A DNA stretch of 64,000 bases from an uncultured Thermoplasmata archaeon (GTDB lineage: Archaea; Thermoplasmatota; Thermoplasmata; RBG-16-68-12), in NCBI GenBank assembly GCA_963768855.1, contig CAVYJM010000006.1:864001-928000 (forward strand), read 5' to 3'. Position 1 is the stretch's first letter. Every line of letters begins with the position of its first letter. Below are positions 57,935-64,000 of this stretch, piece by piece. The notes under the pieces are model-generated. The model was given only the letters and a program-made list of their open reading frames with translations, was not told the origin of the DNA and made no database searches. A program made the position numbers and the translations under genes.

Positions 57935-58375
57935 ATGCCGGAGGAACCGATTCCGGGCTCCCGCGTCCGAGCGACCACGAAGCAGGGCACCCTGACGGTC
58001 GATGAGATCGCCGCGATGCAGCCCGGCGGCGCGCGGCTCATGGACGAGGTCGCGCACCGGGTCTGGGTGCTCTACTATGCCGCGAAGGCGGGGAACTGGG
58101 AGCTCGCGCACTACATGGAGAGAGAGTCGGAGAAGACCCTCGAGTTCCTCGCGAAGACCCGACCGAAGTACGCTGCGGACCTCGAGACGTTCGTGCGCGA
58201 GGAGCTCGGCCCGATCGTGCGGGCCGTCGACGCGAAGGACTGGGGCGCCTTCGAGGCAGCCTTCCGACACATGGTGGACGTGTCCGATGTCTATCATGCG
58301 AAGTACAACAAGGGCTTCCTGCGTTTCCGCCTCCCCGACCGTCCGCCCGAATGGTTTGACCTGAGCCCGCGATAG
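57935..58375 (+). CDS. Four-helix-bundle protein resembling cytochrome c'-like proteins but lacking CxxCH
   Basis: QPG..RLM, YYAAKAGNWELAHY, KDWGAFEAAF, SDVYH, FLRFRLP. Confidence 0.65.
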   Translation: MPEEPIPGSRVRATTKQGTLTVDEIAAMQPGGARLMDEVAHRVWVLYYAAKAGNWELAHYMERESEKTLEFLAKTRPKYAADLETFVREELGPIVRAVDAKDWGAFEAAFRHMVDVSDVYHAKYNKGFLRFRLPDRPPEWFDLSPR

Positions 58376-58421
58376 CCTTTTGCGCCGGTCCCGCTTACGA
58401 GCCGCGAGCGAGGCAGAACCG

Positions 58422-59366
58422 ATGAAGCGCGTGTCACTCGGGAAGAAGGGGCCGAAGGTCTCCGAGATCGGGGTCGGGATGTGGCAGGCCGGCGGCAAGG
58501 CCTGGGGCAGCGACGTCCGGGACCTCGACTGCCAGAAGGCGATGGAGCGCGCAATCGAGCTCGGCATCGATCTCGTCGACACGGCGGAGGCCTACGGCGA
58601 CGGGCACTCCGAGGAAGTGGTCGGCAAGGCCGTCAAAGCGGTCGGCCGGGACAATGTGTTCATCGCCACGAAGGTCGGAGGCGAACACCTCCGCGGTCGG
58701 GACGTGGAGCGCGCCTGCCAAGAGAGTCTGAAGCGACTCGGGGTACGGGAGATCGACCTGTACCAGGTCCACTGGCCGAACCCCTGGAGCCTGACGCCCA
58801 TTCCCGAGACGATGAGCGCCCTGGAGCGCCTCGAACGCCAGGGCAAGATCCGCCACATCGGCGTCAGCAACTTCGCGGTCCGGGACCTCGAGGAGGCGCG
58901 CGCCTCGCTGTCGCGCACGGATATCGTCTCGGACCAGGTCCAGTACAGCCTGCTCCACCGCGAGCCCGAGGCGGGCCTCGTCTCCTACGCGAGGCGGGAG
59001 GGCATTGCTCTCCTGGCGTGGAGCCCGATCGCGAAGGGGATCCTAGCCGGGAAGTTCGATGCGAAGAAGCGACCCCGGGATCCGATTCGCTCGGACAGCG
59101 ACCTGTTCAAGCCGCAGAACCTGAAAGCGGCCGCCCCGCTCGTCTCCAGCCTTCGGAAGATCGGGAAGGCGCACCGCAAGACGTCCGCTCAGGTGGCCCT
59201 GCGCTGGGTCGCAGACCACCCCGGCGTGATCCCGATTCCCGGCATGAAGCGCCCCGCGCAGGCGGAGGAAAATGCGGGGGCCGCAGGCTGGTCCCTGTCC
59301 CATGCGGAGCGGGTCGTCCTCGATCGGGTGTCGTCGGCGGTCTTGGCCCGGCTCGACACGTTCTGA
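58422..59366 (+). CDS. Aldo/keto reductase
   Basis: DTAEAYG, ATKV, DLYQVHWP, GVSNF, WSPIAKG, IPIPG. Confidence 0.95.
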   Translation: MKRVSLGKKGPKVSEIGVGMWQAGGKAWGSDVRDLDCQKAMERAIELGIDLVDTAEAYGDGHSEEVVGKAVKAVGRDNVFIATKVGGEHLRGRDVERACQESLKRLGVREIDLYQVHWPNPWSLTPIPETMSALERLERQGKIRHIGVSNFAVRDLEEARASLSRTDIVSDQVQYSLLHREPEAGLVSYARREGIALLAWSPIAKGILAGKFDAKKRPRDPIRSDSDLFKPQNLKAAAPLVSSLRKIGKAHRKTSAQVALRWVADHPGVIPIPGMKRPAQAEENAGAAGWSLSHAERVVLDRVSSAVLARLDTF

Positions 59367-59375
59367 GGCGGACGC

Positions 59376-60290
59376 CTACTGCGGCGGCTGGGTCGGCGGC
59401 ATCCTGGGCTTGCGCCGGATGACGACCATCGCCGCGACCGCGATGACCACGATGACGATGATGGCCGCCGCATACAGCGTGTAATCAGGGGTCGAGGGCG
59501 CCGCGCCTCCGCCCGTGCTCAGCACTTGGAACGGTCCTTCCATCGCGGAGCCGTGGAAGCCGCAGTAGTAGGTGTAGTTCCCCGGGGCCGCCGCGACCGT
59601 GTACGACCAGCCCGTGACCGGGAACGCGCTTCCACCGAACGAAGGGGACTGGGGGTCGCTGGCATCCGGGCTCGCGCCGCTGTGGTCCACGTCGATGAAG
59701 AACGAGTGCTCCGCGCCGTCCGCGGAGACGAGCTCGAAGGTCACCACGTCTCCCTGGTGGGCCGAGAGGAGCGGCCCGGGGTTCTGGATGGCCGAGCTTG
59801 ACGTCCCCCATCCCGCGGTGGCGGACCCGTAGAGGACGAAGGTCGGCGCCGCAACGATCGTGATCGGGCCGTGCATGGATCCGGGGTGGATGTTGCAGTA
59901 GTAGGTGTACGTCCCTGGGCTGTCCGGCACGGTGAACGTGAACGTGAGCGGAGCCGTCGGGGACGAGAAGCTCGCAGAGCTGATATCGCCCGTGTTGTTC
60001 GTGCCGTCCTTGGTCAGGTCGATGAACCACGTGTGGGTCGCGCTGTCGTTCGAGTAAAGATGGACCGTCACGCTGTCGCCGACAAACATCGTCAGGCTCG
60101 GCCCGGGTTCCGAGATAGATGTCGCCGTCAGACCCCATCCGCCGGTCACGGAGCCGTAGAGGTTGATCGAGTAAGCCGCGGCGACAGCGGGCGTCGGGCT
60201 CGATCCGCTCGCGGAGGGCAGGCTCAGCACGAAGGCGGAACTCACCAGGAGGAGCCCGAGCACCAGGATGCCAAAACCAGTCGTCTTCAT
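59376..60290 (-). CDS. Secreted, membrane-anchored tandem two-domain blue-copper protein
   Basis: Signal peptide; two domains with His and CNIHPGSM / CGFHGSAM; C-terminal TM plus a Pro-rich tail. Confidence 0.85.
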   Translation of the reverse strand: MKTTGFGILVLGLLLVSSAFVLSLPSASGSSPTPAVAAAYSINLYGSVTGGWGLTATSISEPGPSLTMFVGDSVTVHLYSNDSATHTWFIDLTKDGTNNTGDISSASFSSPTAPLTFTFTVPDSPGTYTYYCNIHPGSMHGPITIVAAPTFVLYGSATAGWGTSSSAIQNPGPLLSAHQGDVVTFELVSADGAEHSFFIDVDHSGASPDASDPQSPSFGGSAFPVTGWSYTVAAAPGNYTYYCGFHGSAMEGPFQVLSTGGGAAPSTPDYTLYAAAIIVIVVIAVAAMVVIRRKPRMPPTQPPQ

Positions 60291-60363
60291 GTTCCTCTTC
60301 CTCGTTCGGACGGCCGAAGTGGCGCGGTTCCTTAAAGGTTGGCCGAAAAACCACCCAAGGGTA

Positions 60364-60479
60364 TGCGGGGGATGGGATTTTCCGCCCGGCGCCTCTGGAC
60401 GCGGGGCCTTTGAACCCATGAACTCCTTCGAGACGGGATTTTAAGTCCCGCGCCGTTGTTCTAGCTTGGCTACCCCCGC
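60364..60479 (-). tRNA. tRNA-Leu(TAA) with a 31-nt non-canonical T-loop intron (59/60; 60378-60408)
   Basis: Acceptor GCGGGGG/CCCCCGC plus A73; anticodon arm CGGGA-CTTAAAA-TCCCG; long variable arm; T stem ATGGG/CCCAT enclosing 38 nt instead of 7; CATTATAC box ~25 nt upstream. Confidence 0.88.
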
Positions 60480-60628
60480 GCGCCGCGCATCGGACCTGCC
60501 GTATAATGCCTTTGGGGTGACCGTGTCCGGGGACGGGCGGGAGCAGCAACTACCGTACGGGGGTGACTCCTGTCCGGAAGGCGGAGGCTCCGCGAGCCTT
60601 TATTACGCGCCGGAGGGGTGCCCCGCTC

Positions 60629-61393
60629 ATGGGGCGACTCGCCGGCAGGACAGCGATCGTGACCGGCGGGAGCGGAGGAATCGGCCGGGCCACGGCTCTC
60701 GCATTCGCGCAGGAAGGCGCCGACGTGGTGGTTCAGTATCGCGGCGGCCAGAAGAGCGCCGAGGAGACCGCCAGAGCCATCCAGGCACTCGGCCGGAAGG
60801 GCCTTCCGCTCTCTGCGGACGTCTCCGATCCTGCATCCTGTCGACGGCTGGTCGAGGAGGTCCTGAAGCAGCTCCCTGCGATCGACATCCTCGTGTGCAC
60901 CGCGGGCCACCCGTTCCGTCGCGAGGAATGGTTCAAGGAGTTCACATCCCTGAGCCCGGAGGAGATCCGCCGTCCGCTCGACGTGGACCTCCTCGGGTCC
61001 GTCTTCATGGCCCAGGCGGTCCTCCCCGGCATGACTCGACAACGCCGCGGCAGCCTCGTCCTCATCGGTTCGACACCCGCGCTCACCGGCGATGTCGTCG
61101 GCATTCCTTACCTCATCGCGAAGGCAGGCCTCCTGGCCTTGACGAGGGCACTCGCCCAGAAGTACGGCCCGGACGGCATCCGCGTGAATGCCCTCGCGCT
61201 CGGGAGCATCGACACGGAGGCGATGGCGGGCCTCTCCGACGCGGACCGGGCGGCGCTCGCCGAGGAGCCCGCCTTGAAGCGGCGGGGGACGCCTGAGGAG
61301 GTCGCGCACGCGATCGCCTTCCTGGCCTCGGACGACGCATCCTACGTCACGGGCCAGACGCTGGTCGTGGACGGCGGCTACGCACTCCGGTGA
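60629..61393 (+). CDS. SDR, FabG-like
   Basis: TGGSGGIG, YLIAK, IRVNALALG, VTGQTLVVDGG. Confidence 0.92.
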   Translation: MGRLAGRTAIVTGGSGGIGRATALAFAQEGADVVVQYRGGQKSAEETARAIQALGRKGLPLSADVSDPASCRRLVEEVLKQLPAIDILVCTAGHPFRREEWFKEFTSLSPEEIRRPLDVDLLGSVFMAQAVLPGMTRQRRGSLVLIGSTPALTGDVVGIPYLIAKAGLLALTRALAQKYGPDGIRVNALALGSIDTEAMAGLSDADRAALAEEPALKRRGTPEEVAHAIAFLASDDASYVTGQTLVVDGGYALR

Positions 61394-61402
61394 CCGCGGA
61401 CG

Positions 61403-61663
61403 TCAACGGGCCGTGGTCTCGCCGCCCTCGAGGGCGTAGGTCATCTGCTCGTTACACGCATGGCAGGTGACGACGAGCTTCGGCCCGCCGCCCCGGAACT
61501 GCTCGTGAACGATCCAGTGACAGCGGCCGCAGCGGGAGACGAGGCGGATCTCCTCCTGATGGCCCCGAACCCGGAGGAACAATCCTTCGTCCGTGCTGCG
61601 CCAGCCTTTGACCACGAAGCCCAGGGACTCGTCAAACGGGACGTCGCGCACCACGGCCGTCAC
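61403..61663 (-). CDS. Small zinc-finger-like protein
   Basis: CGRCH...CHAC; start uncertain. Confidence 0.6.
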   Translation of the reverse strand: MTAVVRDVPFDESLGFVVKGWRSTDEGLFLRVRGHQEEIRLVSRCGRCHWIVHEQFRGGGPKLVVTCHACNEQMTYALEGGETTAR

Positions 61664-61691
61664 GACCGTGTCGCCATGGATGCCGCGCCAC

Positions 61692-62237
61692 TTACGCTTT
61701 GCCCCGCGCTGCTGGGTAAGTGATGCGTCCCCCGCGGACCTTCGCGAACGGCGCGAGCTCGTGTTCCTGCGTCTTCCCCGGCGATAAGATGTGGAGGACG
61801 CGCACGCGCCGGACGACGAGGGCATCGGAGAGGAGCCCGCGGTGGCATCGCCAGGGCACCGCCTCGGCGCACATGATCGCGGTCCTCCGCTCCTTCGCGA
61901 GGGCAACCAGGCGGTCCAGGGCCGTCCGGAAGGCATCCGTCTCCATGTAGTCCGCGTAGCCACGGAACCCCGTGTTCCTCCATCCTGTGTTCGGGGAATC
62001 AGGCCGGGGCTTGCGGTATCCTCCGAGGTCTACGAGGTGCTCGTAGGCGAGGCCCGCCTCTCGCAGGTTCGCGGCGAGGACGGGCTGGTTCGTCCACGGC
62101 ACACGGGCCGAGGCCGGGTAGTGGCGCACGTCGACGAGGAGGGCGATCTCGTGCTCCCGCAGGAGGGCGAGGAAGTCCTCCCATGTGCGAGTCGAGTGGC
62201 CCAGGGTCCAGAGAGTAGCTTCCGCAGGGACGAGCAT
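61692..62237 (-). CDS. DUF488 family protein
   Basis: WTLGHSTR, LVDVRHYP, LGGYR, FRGYADYM, MCAEAVPWRCHRGLLSD. Confidence 0.92.
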   Translation of the reverse strand: MLVPAEATLWTLGHSTRTWEDFLALLREHEIALLVDVRHYPASARVPWTNQPVLAANLREAGLAYEHLVDLGGYRKPRPDSPNTGWRNTGFRGYADYMETDAFRTALDRLVALAKERRTAIMCAEAVPWRCHRGLLSDALVVRRVRVLHILSPGKTQEHELAPFAKVRGGRITYPAARGKA

Positions 62238-62283
62238 GGCGCGGGCGCACGGAACGCGCGTCGGCCGGATGAAGGTGCGCGCG

Positions 62284-62631
62284 TCAGCGGTACGTCTGGC
62301 ACCGCGAGCAATACCAGCGTCCGTACTGGGGCACCCAGGAGAGCGGCGAGCTGCAGACCGGGCAGAGGGGCTGGCTGTACTGGGCCTGGCCCGGCGGCGC
62401 GGGCATGCCCGCCGCGGGCGGCTCGGGCGGATACGCGTACGGCGGGCTCGAGGGATACCCGTAGCCCGGGGCCGCGTATTGGTGCGACCTCGACTGGGCC
62501 GTCGCCACGAAGACAATCCCGATGATGAGAAGGAGAATGCCGATGCCGCAGATCGGCCAGAAGAGGAAGCCGACGGCCATGAGGACCACCCCGAGCACGA
62601 CGAACACGATCCCGATTTCCTCGTCCGGCAT
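62284..62631 (-). CDS. Two-TM, proline-rich protein with a C-terminal zinc ribbon
   Basis: CPVCSSPLSWVPQYGRWYCSRC. Confidence 0.8.
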   Translation of the reverse strand: MPDEEIGIVFVVLGVVLMAVGFLFWPICGIGILLLIIGIVFVATAQSRSHQYAAPGYGYPSSPPYAYPPEPPAAGMPAPPGQAQYSQPLCPVCSSPLSWVPQYGRWYCSRCQTYR

Positions 62632-62703
62632 GAAACCCCTGCCGCGTCGGCATCGCCCGGGAGCCATAAATACGTGGGGAGGCGGAGCCTCGGAGTATCC
62701 GCC

Positions 62704-62940
62704 CTACGCGACGTTCACCGGCCGGACGGTCGAGCCCAACAGGGAACGGCGGCAGGTGCACTCCCGAGCGGCCCCGCATCCGATGCAGAAGAACTCATGC
62801 TTCTCGATGTCGAACGCGACCGAAGACCCGCAGCCGCAGGCCGTGGGCTTCAGGATGCGCCGTGCACGGACTTCGCGGTGGCGGACCGCGGGGACCGACA
62901 CCGCAGCGGAACCGGACGATCTCAGGCTCTCCTCGACCAT
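62704..62940 (-). CDS. Small cysteine-rich protein
   Basis: CGCG...FFCIGCG...CTC. Confidence 0.6.
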   Translation of the reverse strand: MVEESLRSSGSAAVSVPAVRHREVRARRILKPTACGCGSSVAFDIEKHEFFCIGCGAARECTCRRSLLGSTVRPVNVA

Positions 62941-63049
62941 GTGGATCACCGGGCTGGTTGCCTGCTATTATTTTCCACGAGCTCCTATAAAAACCTGACG
63001 CGGGTTGCCCCCAGCCGACGGGTTCGCCCCCGCTCGGAAGCCAGGGATC

Positions 63050-64000
63050 CTATGTCTTCCGGACCTCTTCGTAGAAGTACTCGTCCGGTCCCTTCTCGAG
63101 ACCCGAGCGGGCCTCGACCTCCTTCGACCGCAACTCGATTCGGCGGATTTTGCCGCTGATCGTCTTCGGCAGCTCCGTCACGAACTCGATGATCTTCGGG
63201 GCCTTGTACGGCGCCAGGTTCGTCCGGGTGAACTGGAAGAGGTCGTCCGCCAGGGCGCGCGACCCCGCGTGTCCCGGACGCAGGACCACGAAGGCCTTCA
63301 CGACATTCCCGCGGATGGGGTGGGGGCTGCCCACGACGGCGGCTTCGGCCACCGCCGGATGCTCGAGCAGAGCGCTCTCGACCTCGAACGGCCCGATCCG
63401 GTAGTCGGACGCCTTGATCACATCGTCCGTCCGGCCGACGAACCAGAGGCGTCCCTCCGGGTCGCGGAAGGCCCGGTCCCCGGTCCGGTAGAGGTTGTTC
63501 GCGAACACCTGCGCATACCGGTCCGCGTCTGGGCCCACGTACCTTGCGAACAGGCCGATGGGGCGCGGGTCGAGGCGGACGGCGATGTCGCCCTCCTCGT
63601 CTGTGGGGACCTCGGTTCCGTGCTCGTCCACGAGCAGGACGTCGTACAGGAACGACGGGCGACCCATGGAGCCCAGCTTCACCTCGTCCCCCGGGAGGTT
63701 GCCGACCATGAGGGTGCTCTCCGTCTGCCCGTAGCCGTCGCGGATTGTGAGGCCGGTAGCCAGGCGCCACGCCACGATGACCTCCGGGTTGAGCGGCTCT
63801 CCCGCGCTCACGACCTCTCGCAGGCTGAACCGGTATTTCGGCAGGTCCTCGAGGACGAACATCCGCCACACCGTCGGCGCCGAGCAGAAGGTCGTGACCT
63901 TGTGGTCTTGGATCGCCGCGAGGTGCTTCGACGCAACGAAGCGGCCGGCGTAGCCGTACGCAAAGACGGTGGCCCCGACCGTGAGCGGGGCGAAGAAGGA
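63050..64000 (-). CDS. Acyl-CoA synthetase (AMP-forming), N-terminus beyond the window
   Basis: AGEPLNP, DGYGQTE, YRTGD, GRTDDVIKASDYRIGPFEVES, LPKTISGKIRR. Confidence 0.94.
   Translation of the reverse strand, partial: SFFAPLTVGATVFAYGYAGRFVASKHLAAIQDHKVTTFCSAPTVWRMFVLEDLPKYRFSLREVVSAGEPLNPEVIVAWRLATGLTIRDGYGQTESTLMVGNLPGDEVKLGSMGRPSFLYDVLLVDEHGTEVPTDEEGDIAVRLDPRPIGLFARYVGPDADRYAQVFANNLYRTGDRAFRDPEGRLWFVGRTDDVIKASDYRIGPFEVESALLEHPAVAEAAVVGSPHPIRGNVVKAFVVLRPGHAGSRALADDLFQFTRTNLAPYKAPKIIEFVTELPKTISGKIRRIELRSKEVEARSGLEKGPDEYFYEEVRKT

Noticed and set aside
61403-61663. CGRCH as a c-type heme site
   Set aside because: No export signal; a second CxxC pair indicates a zinc finger
61660-61677. Five-codon ORF MATRS overlapping the next GTG as a regulatory uORF
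   Set aside because: Equally explained by an indel separating the true ATG from the reading frame
1-64000. CRISPR arrays, cas genes, integrases, transposases, rRNA, inteins
   Set aside because: No regularly spaced repeats or diagnostic motifs seen on either strand

Overview
A 64-kb GC-rich archaeal chromosomal segment. Evidence: the Sm-L37e-purF operon, archaeal-type tRNAs, and TATA-like boxes about 25 nt before apparently leaderless starts. The proline-rich membrane protein with a 'W-x-PQY-x-RWYC' zinc ribbon suggests Thermoplasmatota (inference). Content is mostly metabolic and accessory: aldehyde:ferredoxin oxidoreductase with a MoaD-like protein, a non-pyrrolysine MttB, a DsrE/TusA sulfur relay, an NAD-linked formate dehydrogenase operon with MobA, MoaA, three saccharopine/carboxyspermidine-dehydrogenase-like paralogs, three surface cupredoxins, and many small zinc-finger and membrane proteins. 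Three tRNAs are present: Arg-TCT, Ala-GGC and Leu-TAA. Top observations: (1) the tRNA-Leu(TAA) gene carries a 31-nt intron in the T-loop (59/60) with a relaxed bulge-helix-bulge; (2) a densely base-paired ~125-nt leader with alternative pairings starts at the predicted TSS of the formate dehydrogenase operon; (3) a ~7-kb island bounded by tRNA-Arg and an interrupted 21-nt copy of its 3' end carries a Shedu-type nuclease; (4) two perfect DtxR-like palindromes precede a CuA-like cupredoxin; (5) there is a compact stand-alone PriS-like primase, plus unannotated basic small ORFs. Many genes, including purF, have indel frameshifts without in-frame nonsense codons, so part of this sequence is probably error-prone consensus. 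No CRISPR array, integrase or transposase was found. All calls are by eye from motifs; no database searches were run.
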